A stretch of 64,000 nt of DNA from the NCBI GenBank assembly GCA_944384405.1, contig CALWTH010000011.1, forward strand, positions 9,904 through 73,903. Direction: 5' to 3'. Positions 31,342-42,608 of the stretch are shown here, piece after piece. Source of the DNA: an uncultured Clostridia bacterium. Lineage in GTDB: Bacteria; Bacillota; Clostridia; Christensenellales; UBA1242. Position 1 is the first letter of the stretch. Each line of letters begins with the position of its first letter. The notes beneath the pieces were generated by a model. It had not been told where the DNA came from, did not search any database, and saw only the letters and a list, made by a program, of their open reading frames with translations. The position numbers and the translations under genes are program-made.

Positions 31342-31674
31342 ATGAGTAAAGAATATTTAGGAAAAACAGTGACTGTTAAAATGGACAGACCAATGGGGAC
31401 AAAACATCCAAAGCATGGATTTGTGTATCCAGTAAACTATGGTTACATTCCAAACACTGTGTCGGGAGATGGCGAGGAACTTGATGCCTATGTTTTGGGT
31501 GTATTTGAGCCACTTGATACATTTGAGGGCAAAGTTATTGCCATTATTCACAGAACAAACGACAATGATGACAAATTGGTGGTTGCACCAGAAGGCAAAA
31601 ACTATTCAGATGAGCAAATAAGGGCTTTGACAGAATTTCAAGAGCAATGGTTCAAATCTGAGATTTGGCGTTAA
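31342..31674 (+). CDS. Family I inorganic pyrophosphatase (short form)
   Basis: YPVNYGYIPNT.SGDGEELD, DDKLV. Confidence 0.88.
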   Translation: MSKEYLGKTVTVKMDRPMGTKHPKHGFVYPVNYGYIPNTVSGDGEELDAYVLGVFEPLDTFEGKVIAIIHRTNDNDDKLVVAPEGKNYSDEQIRALTEFQEQWFKSEIWR

Positions 31675-31812
31675 CTAAAATTAATACTAAGTTTACAAAA
31701 ACTTTTTTAATGTATTTATATTAAATTTTAAAAAAACAATGGTAAAGACAACTTTTGATAGTCAAAAATATAGGCACTAAAAAAAAACACTCTTTAATTA
31801 TAAAGAGTGTTT

Positions 31813-31983
31813 CAGCGTGTAGACAAACAAATCAGACTGCCGAAAAGCAAGTGAGGCGAGGCTCGCAAAATGTCCAAAAGCAGGAGTTTAGTTACCTAAA
31901 TGACTGTTTTTGGGCGTTTTGCAGTAAACAAAGCAAGAAAAATTTTGCAAAATTTTTCGGTCACGCAGTTTTTCGACAGTCTG
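31813..31983. mobile_element. MITE-like non-autonomous element
   Basis: Inverted repeats CAGACTGCCGAAAA (31833) / TTTTCGACAGTCTG (31970); 22-bp direct repeat at 31786 and 31984. Confidence 0.7.
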
Positions 31984-31995
31984 AACACTCTTTAA

Positions 31996-34900
31996 TTATA
32001 AAGAGCGCTTTTTATTGCGTTTTTTCAAAATTAAAATAAATATTATTATAATTACAATTAAAATAAATATTGCACCAAAAACAACTGCATAAAATATTAT
32101 TTGATTTTGTGGCCGAGACTCATTTTCATCAACAATAGCAGTAATTTCTGTATAGTATTTATCAAAAACAATAGTTTCATTTGGTTCGTATGTATCTCCG
32201 GCATAATACCAGCCCAGTATTTTATTTTTATTTGCGTCTAACAAGTTAAGCGATATTTTGTCACCATCTGAATAAGAGTCTTTTGATGTAAATATTTCAC
32301 CATTTATATTTATTTTTAAATTAAACAAAAGTTGATATAGCACTGCAACAATATTCGTATTTTGAGTTATTGTTATTGTATCGCCAGGGTTATATGTCGC
32401 GTTGGCATATTGCCATGAAACAAACTCATATTTATTTGAAACATTGGCAGTAGGTAATGTATATGTGTCACCATAACTAAACTGCTGGTCAATCATTGTT
32501 GTTTGGTCGGCAATCGTGATTCCGATTTGATAAGTTGCTTTTTTTAGTTTTATTTCTTTTTGATTTTCAGAGAGATATAAATCATATTTAGAAGACATTT
32601 TTGGCGAAATTTTTATGTGATTTTTAAAATCTTCTGACATAACTATGTTGTTAGTTATAATAGTTTTATCAAATCCTTTGTCTGTATATATTGTCGCATT
32701 TATGTTGGTCAAATTGCCATTTAATTTCAATGTATTTGAACCATTTATATACATTTCACCTTCAATTTTGTTGTCTGCAACATTTAAAATTATTGTGCCG
32801 TTATTTAGATAAAGTACATCGCCTTTATTTGATTTGTTTGAGTATATGTCTGAGCTATTTAGTGTTATTGTGCTGTACTGATTTGTATAAACAGTTGCAC
32901 CTTCAACTGATGCTGAATTTTTGGTTAGGGTACAATTTGTAAAAGTTGTCTTTGAAGAACTTTGACCATAGACAACTCCGCCATATTTGGCACTATTTGA
33001 TGTGAAATTGCAATTTTCAAATTGCACTGTGCCATATGCAAAACATACGCCACCAAAACCACTTGCACTATTTTGAGAAAATTCACAGTTTGTGAACGAG
33101 CAAGAGTTTGAGTTGTTGATAAACGCTCCGGCACTTGATGCCTTGTTTGAAATAAAAAGTGAATTTGTAACAATTGTTTTGCACTTTAATTCAAGTGCTC
33201 CGCCGTTGCCACTTACTGAGTTATTTTCAAAAGTGCACGAGTTTATCACAAGCGAAGCAGTTGTCGATGTGGTTATTGCACCACCATTGTCATTTGCTTT
33301 GTTGTTCAAAAACTCTGTATTTTCAAATGTTGCTGTTCCACTTGCAACGTATATCACGCCGCCAGCAGAAGTGTTTGAATTGAAGTTTTGAAAAATCACA
33401 TTTTTTGTCGTCAAGTTGCCGTTTGAAACAATGGCTCTTTCGCCAAGACTTGCATAATTGCCTTCAAAAACAATTTTATTTGTGCTATTTCCTTCAACGT
33501 CGAAATTCACTGCCGAATTTACTGTAAAGATGTTTGAAGAAGTTGTTTTGTAGAAAGTTATATCTTTTGTAACACTTGAATCTATTTTTATGGTAACATT
33601 TTTGTCTATGATGATATTATTTTCTTTAATATCTTTTAATAGATATATTGTGTCACCAGCACTTGCATTTTTTATTGCGTCTTTAAGCCTTGTGAAATAT
33701 GTATCTTCAATTCGGCAAACTGTACTTTCTGTGTTGGCGAATGTATCGCTGTATGCGGTGCAATTTAGTCTTCTGTCAAACGCTCTAATTTTGTAATTTG
33801 GTGTGTAGCCGTCTTGGTATGTTTTTGTGTCTGTGTAATAGTTTGAATTTGTGAAGGCGATTACTTTGTATCCGTCTGTGTCGTTTCCTTCAAGTATTTC
33901 ATAGCCAAGGTGTCCGATTTTGTCTTTTTGGTAAGGCATGAGTATGCTATAACCGTTACTTGTTTTTTCAACAGAAATTATATTTATTTTCATTGAATCG
34001 TCATATATGGAAAGTTTGTCACCATGTTCAAGTAGGTAAGTGTATGTCATGTTGTCTATATACCACAACTTTAATTGATTGTTAACTATTGTACCTTCGT
34101 CATGTAGTTTTTGCATTGCAGATTTAAAAGCATCACTTGCAGAATTTTCAACAAACATCGTTCCGCCAAGTGCATATCCATATCTTTCAAAGTAGTACGA
34201 TAAGTCAATACCTGTAACAATACTGCTAAAATAAACTTGCTTTTCAACTTTGTTCATCCCACTAGCCGTTGCGGTGCGATACATATTTTCAAGTTTGCCC
34301 CAATATCCAGGAAAAACACTTTCAATGTTCCACCATATTGCTGCATTACCTTGATTTTTTTGCCAAACATCTGCTGGATTGACATCGTCTGGTGCCATGA
34401 GGTTAGTGATAGTTGAATGATTTTCTCTTGAACCTGTTTTTTCGTTTGCTGACTTGTTGAAGTTAGATACCATGTTGTTTGTTGTTTCTGACACAACGCG
34501 TTCGCCAATGTCCATCATGTGCCCAATTTCGTGTGTCATTCCCCAGCCAAAGTTCTCGCCAGCCAGTGCAGTGTCTTGCCAGTTATTTGTCTGAATACCA
34601 ATGTGCTCTGTGTATGCGTATGCGGCAGCATATGGTTGCATTATTCTCACATTAACATTAAGATACTCTGCTCTTTCATCATAACTTGATGAATTTTTGT
34701 CAAAATTTACGCCTTCAAAAATGTACAAACTTTTAAGATATGTATCCCAATTTTCGCAAACTTTAGCCACGCTGTAACTTTGAGTTATGTAGTAATCATA
34801 CGCCCTTGATGCTTGAACGGTGAGAATTACTTTGTTTGAAACTATCTCTGTTAAATTCAAATAATTTTCTGGTTGTGCGTTTAAAAGTTCAACATAATCT

Positions 34901-36168
34901 CTTAAATTTTTCTCATATCTTATCTCATCTTGTCCCATGTAATACACAGGGAAAACCGTACCACCTTCAATATAAATTTTCACATCTTCACTTTGCTCGG
35001 TGGTTTTGTATGGATTGATTATGTAAATAGGTCCGCCAGCCAAAGTTTTAATTGACCAAGAAGAATTATAAAGGTTGGGTGTTGTTAAAACATTTTCACC
35101 GATTTGTAGTGTATAATTTCCGCTCTTCCATTGACTCCAATAACCTTGGTGCTGTGTAAACACTATTTGTGGCAATGGATCAGTTGACTTTGCATCAACA
35201 TAAATAGTTATTGTTTCATTGGGTTTAGCATAAATTCCTGTTATTTGCCTGTTTGTTCCTTGCCAAGTCATGTCTAGGTCATACCTTGCGTAGTCCCATA
35301 CATTTCCAACTTGCTTTATATATTTTCCTTTTGTGTCTTTGTTTGTTGAAAATTCCCTATATCTTGTATCAAAAGTCAAATTGCCGTTTAAGATGTTTTT
35401 TGCCCTTTGAATGTCGCTTAAAACTATGCTTGGCACAAAACTAAGTTCGTTTATGTCTTGTTCAAGTTTGTTTATAGCAGACAATGAATTAAAATCTGAA
35501 ATAATAACGCTTTTTTTGTAATCTGTGAACAAATTTCTAGCAGTTTGTAAAATGTCTTGTTCTGGCTTAAAGAATATGAATTCACTAGCAGAGCAGTGTT
35601 GTGTCAAATTACTATTTACATTTGTGTATTCAAATTTAAAGTATTTGAATGAGTATGCTTTATCAAAATTATATATTAGTACATTGGTACTAAGTGGGGA
35701 AACCCCTTCGCCGATTTTTTGAAAAGAGATGCCATCATCTGAGATATAAAAAGTTGCAGTCAAAGGGAAACCCTTTAATTTGTCATCTCTTCTTGTGGCG
35801 AATATGAGTCTGTCGACTTCAACTTGTGTATTAAATTCAATTAAAACATAGTTTTTGTAACTGTCACTGTTTACTTTGTTTGTTTCCCAAAATGTATTAA
35901 AATTCAAGTCAAACGCTCTTGATAGTACATTCCCAGGATAATTTCCGCCGTTGTTTGAATAGTTTGTAATATACTCAGTGTTTTGAGTGTTTGTTGTTAT
36001 TGCGTATGCGTTTAAATAATCGCTTTGCAAGTACTCACTTGATGTGGTTGTGTACTCTATTTCAAATTGGATATCGGCATCTGCACTAATAGGGTGTTGT
36101 ATATAGTTAATTGATGTTATACAAAACATCATCATTGTTAGCATCACTAAAATAAAATATTTTTTCAT
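31996..36168 (-). CDS. Surface-anchored M60-like (enhancin) metallopeptidase with F5/8-type CBM, beta-helix repeats and C-terminal TM
   Basis: Signal peptide; RAFD....FWET; WGMTHEIGH...ETTNN; FxxN.A...GGA repeats; TM plus KKRNKKR. Confidence 0.85.
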   Translation of the reverse strand: MKKYFILVMLTMMMFCITSINYIQHPISADADIQFEIEYTTTSSEYLQSDYLNAYAITTNTQNTEYITNYSNNGGNYPGNVLSRAFDLNFNTFWETNKVNSDSYKNYVLIEFNTQVEVDRLIFATRRDDKLKGFPLTATFYISDDGISFQKIGEGVSPLSTNVLIYNFDKAYSFKYFKFEYTNVNSNLTQHCSASEFIFFKPEQDILQTARNLFTDYKKSVIISDFNSLSAINKLEQDINELSFVPSIVLSDIQRAKNILNGNLTFDTRYREFSTNKDTKGKYIKQVGNVWDYARYDLDMTWQGTNRQITGIYAKPNETITIYVDAKSTDPLPQIVFTQHQGYWSQWKSGNYTLQIGENVLTTPNLYNSSWSIKTLAGGPIYIINPYKTTEQSEDVKIYIEGGTVFPVYYMGQDEIRYEKNLRDYVELLNAQPENYLNLTEIVSNKVILTVQASRAYDYYITQSYSVAKVCENWDTYLKSLYIFEGVNFDKNSSSYDERAEYLNVNVRIMQPYAAAYAYTEHIGIQTNNWQDTALAGENFGWGMTHEIGHMMDIGERVVSETTNNMVSNFNKSANEKTGSRENHSTITNLMAPDDVNPADVWQKNQGNAAIWWNIESVFPGYWGKLENMYRTATASGMNKVEKQVYFSSIVTGIDLSYYFERYGYALGGTMFVENSASDAFKSAMQKLHDEGTIVNNQLKLWYIDNMTYTYLLEHGDKLSIYDDSMKINIISVEKTSNGYSILMPYQKDKIGHLGYEILEGNDTDGYKVIAFTNSNYYTDTKTYQDGYTPNYKIRAFDRRLNCTAYSDTFANTESTVCRIEDTYFTRLKDAIKNASAGDTIYLLKDIKENNIIIDKNVTIKIDSSVTKDITFYKTTSSNIFTVNSAVNFDVEGNSTNKIVFEGNYASLGERAIVSNGNLTTKNVIFQNFNSNTSAGGVIYVASGTATFENTEFLNNKANDNGGAITTSTTASLVINSCTFENNSVSGNGGALELKCKTIVTNSLFISNKASSAGAFINNSNSCSFTNCEFSQNSASGFGGVCFAYGTVQFENCNFTSNSAKYGGVVYGQSSSKTTFTNCTLTKNSASVEGATVYTNQYSTITLNSSDIYSNKSNKGDVLYLNNGTIILNVADNKIEGEMYINGSNTLKLNGNLTNINATIYTDKGFDKTIITNNIVMSEDFKNHIKISPKMSSKYDLYLSENQKEIKLKKATYQIGITIADQTTMIDQQFSYGDTYTLPTANVSNKYEFVSWQYANATYNPGDTITITQNTNIVAVLYQLLFNLKININGEIFTSKDSYSDGDKISLNLLDANKNKILGWYYAGDTYEPNETIVFDKYYTEITAIVDENESRPQNQIIFYAVVFGAIFILIVIIIIFILILKKRNKKRSL

Positions 36169-36354
36169 TTGAAACTCCTATAAAATTTAGCGCTAAAAGT
36201 ATACAACTTTATAAAAACAAATTCAACACTATTAGTAAATATATCTTGTTGAGTTGTGTTATTCATAAAAGTTTTGTGTAATTAATACATTAAAAACGCT
36301 TGCAAAGTAGTTTACATTTTATTAAACTAAAAAAGATAGAAGGGATTTAAGTGT

Positions 36355-36693
36355 ATGGATAGCAAAAAAGACAATATTTTTGATATATATAATAACTACC
36401 TAGATGTGTTTAATCAAGATAAATTATATGATTTTATTTGTAAATATTTAATTGAAGATGAAAGTTTTATTAATATTGTCAATGATATTATTGCACCAAA
36501 ATCGCTAAAAGACATGACACTTGAACAAAGAAAATTTGAATTTTTATATTTTTTGCATAATGGGCATAGAAGTTTTATTTTAAATGTAATTGTTTTAAAA
36601 TATTTGGCACAAAAATTTGAAAAGTTAAGCCCTAACTTTTTAGATGGGTATTGGCAAGAAAAATTTAAAAAATTGCACAATTATGAAATATAA
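36355..36693 (+). CDS. Hypothetical protein
   Basis: 112-aa ORF with AAGGG RBS. Confidence 0.55.
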   Translation: MDSKKDNIFDIYNNYLDVFNQDKLYDFICKYLIEDESFINIVNDIIAPKSLKDMTLEQRKFEFLYFLHNGHRSFILNVIVLKYLAQKFEKLSPNFLDGYWQEKFKKLHNYEI

Positions 36694-36723
36694 TTAAAAA
36701 ATTTTATAAAAAGGAAGGAAAAA

Positions 36724-37221
36724 ATGGAAGAAAAAGAGTTATTAAAACTATCTGCAAAACAATTGACGGATTTAGGAGTATGTCCAACTTGTCTAAACCG
36801 AAAATACAACGGTGCAATATTTGGTGATGATTCAAAATTGAAACTTTATGAAGATAAAGACATAGAATGTTTATTTGTTGGAAATCCAAGAGCAGTAGGG
36901 CATATGATGATATCAACTCAAACACACTATCATGATATGAGCGAAGCCCCAGATGCCATAAATGAAAAAATCATAAGATTTGCAAAGCAGTTTATGATTA
37001 TACTAAAAAAAGTTTATGACTGTGAAAGAGTTTATTTGTGCACAATGAGTGATGGTCCAATGAATCATTATCACGTTCAATTAATCCCAAGATACAAAGA
37101 TGAGGAAAGAGGTTCAAAAAATTTTGTCAAACCAAGGAAACCATATGTTTACGACGAAAAGTCATTTTCTGAAATAAAAAAACTTATAAATGAATACGCA
37201 CGAGCAAATGAAAACCATTAA
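36724..37221 (+). CDS. HIT family protein
   Basis: CPTC, GHMMI, HYHVQLIPR. Confidence 0.8.
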   Translation: MEEKELLKLSAKQLTDLGVCPTCLNRKYNGAIFGDDSKLKLYEDKDIECLFVGNPRAVGHMMISTQTHYHDMSEAPDAINEKIIRFAKQFMIILKKVYDCERVYLCTMSDGPMNHYHVQLIPRYKDEERGSKNFVKPRKPYVYDEKSFSEIKKLINEYARANENH

Positions 37222-37256
37222 GAGTTTTGATTTAAAAATAGCGGAATTGGCAAAAA

Positions 37257-37751
37257 ATGAAATATTTTAGGCTTTTTGGTGTTGTTTTGTGTGCAATTTG
37301 TTGTATTTTTGGTATGGGTGCATGCGATAATAAAAAGTTAGATACAACACCAGACACAGAAATAGGAAGTTCAAACAATGATGAAAATACTGACGCAAAT
37401 GAAGGGGAGATTATGAAAATTGATATAAACGGTGTTATTTTTGAAGCAGTTTTGGAAAATAATAGCACTGCAAACGCTTTTCACAATATGTTGCCACAAA
37501 CTTTTAATATGAATGAACTTAATGACAATGAAAAATATTGCTATCTAAACACAGAATTGCCACCAAACACGTATAAACCACAAACAATTTATGCTGGCGA
37601 TATCATGTTATGGGGGAATAATTGTTTGGTAATATTTTATGAAACTTTTTCAACAACCTATTCATATTCAAAAGTTGGAAAGATAAAAGATGTCACCAAT
37701 CTTAAACAATGTTTGGGCAATGATGATGTCGTTGTTGATTTTAAATTGTAA
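37257..37751 (+). CDS. Lipoprotein with cyclophilin-like fold
   Basis: Lipobox MGAC; NEKY, GDIMLWG..CLVIFY. Confidence 0.75.
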   Translation: MKYFRLFGVVLCAICCIFGMGACDNKKLDTTPDTEIGSSNNDENTDANEGEIMKIDINGVIFEAVLENNSTANAFHNMLPQTFNMNELNDNEKYCYLNTELPPNTYKPQTIYAGDIMLWGNNCLVIFYETFSTTYSYSKVGKIKDVTNLKQCLGNDDVVVDFKL

Positions 37752-37928
37752 AAATAAATTAAACAAAAAAACGATCGAATATAAATTCAACCGTCCATAA
37801 GTATGGCTTAAAGGAACAAATAAAAATTATGATTGTTTGACCTTTTGGTCATATTTTTTTATAATATCAATATTGTAATTGTTTATTTAGAATTGTTTTT
37901 ATTATGTGGACAAAAGAAAGGGGTATTT

Positions 37929-38471
37929 ATGGAAATTTATGTAATGAGACATGGAAGGACTGTGTGGAACGAAAAGCATATTTGTCAGGGCAGGTCACAA
38001 AATAGATTAAGTAAATTTGGAAAATTGCAAGTTGAACAACAAGCAATTGAATACAAAAGATTAAAAATTGATTTTATTTTTGCTTCACCGCTTATGCGTA
38101 CCCTGCAAACTGCAAATATCATGAATAAATACCATAACGCAAAAATTATTCGTGACAAAAGAATAATAGAAGTGAATCAGGGAATATTCACTGGTCAAAA
38201 AAAGGGAAAACTCACTGATGAACAAAAATTTGAAATAAATCAGTTTAAAAAAGATAGCGGAATTGAAACTTATGAGGAAATTTACGAAAGGACAATCGAT
38301 TTTATAAACTATTTAAGAGAAAACTATAAAGATAAGAACATATTAGTTGTAACTCATGGAATAATTGCAAGTTATATTGAAAAAATTGGTGAGAGATTAT
38401 CTTTAGAACAAAACGAGATAAAAAACTATTCAACTTTTGATAACGCCGAAATAAAAAAAACATGTATTTAG
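37929..38471 (+). CDS. Histidine phosphatase (PGM-like) family
   Basis: RHG, SPLMRT.QTA, VTHG. Confidence 0.9.
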   Translation: MEIYVMRHGRTVWNEKHICQGRSQNRLSKFGKLQVEQQAIEYKRLKIDFIFASPLMRTLQTANIMNKYHNAKIIRDKRIIEVNQGIFTGQKKGKLTDEQKFEINQFKKDSGIETYEEIYERTIDFINYLRENYKDKNILVVTHGIIASYIEKIGERLSLEQNEIKNYSTFDNAEIKKTCI

Positions 38472-38621
38472 ATATTTCAATTCACTTTAGTTAAACTATT
38501 TAGGCAACATTAGATAAAGAACAAACTCTTAATACATAATTTGTATTGAAGTCAAATATTTGTGAAAATATAAAAGATATGATATTATACCATTAATTAA
38601 ATTATCTTTATTGGAGGACTA

Positions 38622-41600
38622 ATGCTATTTTATTGCAGTGGGAAAAAGGTTGAAGTAGACGAAAACACGAAGTTTAGCAATTATTTGTTTAAACGTATTT
38701 ATGAAGCCTTGCTCTATAATAAAGAAATGGTACCTGGCAAAAATGGTATTCCTAAATCCATACAATTTAGTGTTAATGACATAATATATTTTTCTTATTT
38801 TGAAACTGGCAGTAATCCAAATGCTCCAGTGCCTTTTGAAATAATAGATGAACAAGATTTAAATTTTGATGAAGTTTATGCAAATACTATTTTTATACGT
38901 TTTAACGATGAAAATTTTAAAAATAAGTATATTTCTTGCAAGTTAAGTAAAAGATGTTGCGAAAGTGACAGATATTTAAAAGGCTATGATGATATAACTT
39001 CAATGAAGAACAACAAAGATGATTTTTGTGTACTATACGCTGATTTTAGCAGTCAATCAAATATTGATAAACTTGAAAAATACCATGATTATTTTAATAT
39101 GCTCTTAATTAAACTTGAAAGCAAAGAGGAAACTCGCTTTGAAATAAATCTTGATTTGATGAAAGAAAATTATTCTTCATTTAATGATACCGCCGTAGAT
39201 GATAAATCGTTACTTCTCCCTGTATATGGTAAATTCTCATATATAAAAGAAGTAGTTTTAAAATACACAATCAAGGGCGAAAACAAAGAATTACATATTA
39301 ATCTTCAAAATTGTTATGTTAAAAATGAAAACAGTTTATATAGAAAAAAATTAATTGATTTGCACATCAATTTAGATGAAAAAACCACAATTTATGAACT
39401 TTGCGATTTGGAGGAACAAGATAGAAATGAAATTGAATGGGTGATAAAAAATGACAAAACTGAAAAATTGTATATTACTGAAGATTTAAAAGGTGAAATA
39501 ACAAGATTAAAACGTATTTTGCGTGCTTTATCAAGAATAAGTTCCGAAAATGTAGAAAACTTAAATTTAGTGGAAACTATATGTAATAATTCTATAGATG
39601 AATTTAAATATAAATTTAATGTAAATGACACTAGTCTTGATGAGATTACTAATAAATATCCTCGTTTTAAACAAAACAAAGAGCAGGCCATTGCCATGAA
39701 GAAAGTGCTTGACATGGATATCAATAATGTTGATGTTATGCTAATCCAAGGCCCACCGGATACGGGAAAAACGGAGCTTATCATAGCATTAATAAAAGAA
39801 CTTTTTCATAGAGGCAAAAATATTTTAGTTTCTTCAAATGTTCATGTCGCATGCGACAATATTATTGAAAGAATAAAAGATGACAAAGAAATTATTGTTA
39901 AAAGATATAAAAATCTTAATCAAACATCTAGTTATAAAATTGAAAAATTAATAAATCAGCAAAACTATGTCAAATCACAAGTTTATAATAAATATAAGAT
40001 AAACGACAATCCTATTTTGAATTTTGATGAGTTAAAAAGCTTACAACTAAAAAAAGCCAATCAATTAAAAGAGATAAACGAACATTATGACGAACTAAAA
40101 ACCAAACAATATGATTTTTTTTGTAAAATCCAACAATTAAAAGATTTAGAAACAAACATTATACAAAATAAAGAAAAAATTGAAACTAAGCAAGAAGAGA
40201 TTAGAGTATTAGAAGATGAAATAAAAGTATTAAACAAAAATTTATCTGACCTAAATGATGAACTTTCTGGAACCTTGGCAGAATTTAACCAAAAGACACA
40301 AGAGTATGACAATTTAGTAAAAAATATAGACAAATTTAAAGCCAAAACAAATAAAGTAGATTTGAAAATTTCTCAATTAAATGATGAGATAACAACACTA
40401 CAAAACAACATTGATTTCAATAAAGATAATATAAAATATATTGAAGAAAATTGTTTAAAAATAGAAAAAGAGATAGAAGAACTCTATTCTATCAACATTG
40501 AAAATTTAAGAAATGAAATACAAGACAAATTTTATCATTGTATTTGCATCGAAAACGCTAACAATTATTTTGAAAAAGCCATAAAAAAAATCAATGACTT
40601 CATTTCGCTTGTGGCTATATTAAACAATCAAAATTTATCTCTTATGGCAATAACCAAAAAGTTACTTTCAAATAACTTTAAAGATTGCAGTTTTATAAGT
40701 GAAATTTTGGAAGATTTAGAAATTTTGAATAAATACTATTCATACGACGCAACTTCAAAAATACTTTCAGTTTTCAAAATAAAGTCTAAAGTAAATAATG
40801 TTTCATATTGGGATTATTTAAAGGCAAAAGAAAAAGTTTTGAATTTTATTTATAATATTTTAAGCACAAAAAAAGAAATTCTTAACACAATTATAGATAA
40901 CAATATAAACAAAGGGGAAATACTAAAAAGAATAAACAGAAGAAAAGGCAGCATACAAAAACAAACTATCCAAAAAGAAAACTTAGAGCAAAAAATTTTA
41001 ACTACAAATAATTCTATTTTGCAAAATGAGAAAAATTTAGAAAATCAAGTTGCAATTAGGGAAAATTTGCAGCACAACATCATGATGATGGAACCTAATG
41101 TCGCGATGTTAAAATATGACATTGATGAATTAGTTGATGATGAAAAGTCCCTACAAGAAGATATATTACAACAAAAAAAGAAATTACAAGAGAAAAATGA
41201 ACTTTTAAAAAATTATTATGAAAGTTTAAAGAAATTGGAAGACGAATTATCTAACTTAACTATAAATGAAAAAACTTTTAACCAATCTATTGACTTGTTG
41301 TCTAATAATGAAGAATTTTTAACATTTAAACAAAGCCTTGATGCCTGTGAAAAACTTCAAAATGACTTAAGTACAGAAATAAATCAATTAAATAACAAAA
41401 TACAATTTTTAAATAAATGTCAAATGTCATTAACAAGTGTAAAAGATAATAGTATATTATTTGATTACATTAAAGAATTGCGAGATATTTCAAATTGCAA
41501 AATTGAAGATTTGAATAAATATTTTGATGGTTGTGGTAACCTTTTTGATGCAGAATTCAATGTCGGAGGAGAGAATAAAGGTTCAATACTGTCTATGACA

Positions 41601-42608
41601 ACCAATCAAGTGGCACAAGTTTATAGAAAGGATATGACTTTTGACTATGCTATTATAGACGAGGCAAGCAAATGCAGTTTGCAAGATTTATTAATAAGTT
41701 TGCCCATTGTTAAAAACATAGTTTTAATTGGCGACTATATGCAACTTGACCCCGTCTACGATAGATACAAAGATTTAGATGATGACACAAAAAAAATATT
41801 TGATGATTGTAAACAATTTTGGGAAGAACTGAATAAATCAGCTTTTAGTCTTTTACTTACAAAAGCTATTGAAAACAACTATAAAAACCAATTAACATCA
41901 TTTAATATTTGCAACAATGTTGCCATTATGAAAAGACAATATCGAATGAATAAAGGCATATTTGATTTGATAAGTCCAATATACAAAATTCATAATGGAT
42001 TTGAACTTATAGATGAGAAAAATACAAAATCAAATGATGTATTGTGCTTAAACATTTATGGGAAAGAGGAAATTGTTTTTATTGGAGAAAGACCAACATA
42101 TAGAAATGTTTTTGAAGCCAATTATATTAAAGATACTATTGAGTATATAGCACAAAATTATGATAAACTTGATATCAAAACTATTGGTATAATTACAGGT
42201 TATAATGGACAAGTTCGAGAGCTTAACAAAATACTAAAAAAGCCTACAAAACAAAGCTTGAAAATTGAAATAGGTACTTTTGATAGATTTCAAGGGAAAG
42301 AATTTGATTTGGTGCTTGTAAGTCTGGTTAGAACTGAGAAATTGGGATTTTTAGATGATGTACGCAGAATGAATGTTGCCTTTTCTCGTGCCAAGAAACA
42401 TCTTATTATATTTGGAAACATAAAAGAAATAGTAAAAAACTGCATGGTGAAGAAAACATATCAAACAAATTTAACTCCTATACAAAAAGAGCATAGATAT
42501 GTTAATGATGAGTTACTTCCAAAATTAAGTAGACTTTCTGATTCAAATGACTGTCATTCGGCAAATGAGGCAATACAAAAAATTAAGAAAATGTTGGAGG
42601 GCAAGTAA
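38622..42608 (+). CDS. SF1 (UPF1/DNA2-like) helicase with long coiled-coil insertion
   Basis: QGPPDTGKT, IIDEASK, GDYMQL, QYRM, FQGKEFD, RMNVAFSRAK. Confidence 0.85.
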   Translation: MLFYCSGKKVEVDENTKFSNYLFKRIYEALLYNKEMVPGKNGIPKSIQFSVNDIIYFSYFETGSNPNAPVPFEIIDEQDLNFDEVYANTIFIRFNDENFKNKYISCKLSKRCCESDRYLKGYDDITSMKNNKDDFCVLYADFSSQSNIDKLEKYHDYFNMLLIKLESKEETRFEINLDLMKENYSSFNDTAVDDKSLLLPVYGKFSYIKEVVLKYTIKGENKELHINLQNCYVKNENSLYRKKLIDLHINLDEKTTIYELCDLEEQDRNEIEWVIKNDKTEKLYITEDLKGEITRLKRILRALSRISSENVENLNLVETICNNSIDEFKYKFNVNDTSLDEITNKYPRFKQNKEQAIAMKKVLDMDINNVDVMLIQGPPDTGKTELIIALIKELFHRGKNILVSSNVHVACDNIIERIKDDKEIIVKRYKNLNQTSSYKIEKLINQQNYVKSQVYNKYKINDNPILNFDELKSLQLKKANQLKEINEHYDELKTKQYDFFCKIQQLKDLETNIIQNKEKIETKQEEIRVLEDEIKVLNKNLSDLNDELSGTLAEFNQKTQEYDNLVKNIDKFKAKTNKVDLKISQLNDEITTLQNNIDFNKDNIKYIEENCLKIEKEIEELYSINIENLRNEIQDKFYHCICIENANNYFEKAIKKINDFISLVAILNNQNLSLMAITKKLLSNNFKDCSFISEILEDLEILNKYYSYDATSKILSVFKIKSKVNNVSYWDYLKAKEKVLNFIYNILSTKKEILNTIIDNNINKGEILKRINRRKGSIQKQTIQKENLEQKILTTNNSILQNEKNLENQVAIRENLQHNIMMMEPNVAMLKYDIDELVDDEKSLQEDILQQKKKLQEKNELLKNYYESLKKLEDELSNLTINEKTFNQSIDLLSNNEEFLTFKQSLDACEKLQNDLSTEINQLNNKIQFLNKCQMSLTSVKDNSILFDYIKELRDISNCKIEDLNKYFDGCGNLFDAEFNVGGENKGSILSMTTNQVAQVYRKDMTFDYAIIDEASKCSLQDLLISLPIVKNIVLIGDYMQLDPVYDRYKDLDDDTKKIFDDCKQFWEELNKSAFSLLLTKAIENNYKNQLTSFNICNNVAIMKRQYRMNKGIFDLISPIYKIHNGFELIDEKNTKSNDVLCLNIYGKEEIVFIGERPTYRNVFEANYIKDTIEYIAQNYDKLDIKTIGIITGYNGQVRELNKILKKPTKQSLKIEIGTFDRFQGKEFDLVLVSLVRTEKLGFLDDVRRMNVAFSRAKKHLIIFGNIKEIVKNCMVKKTYQTNLTPIQKEHRYVNDELLPKLSRLSDSNDCHSANEAIQKIKKMLEGK

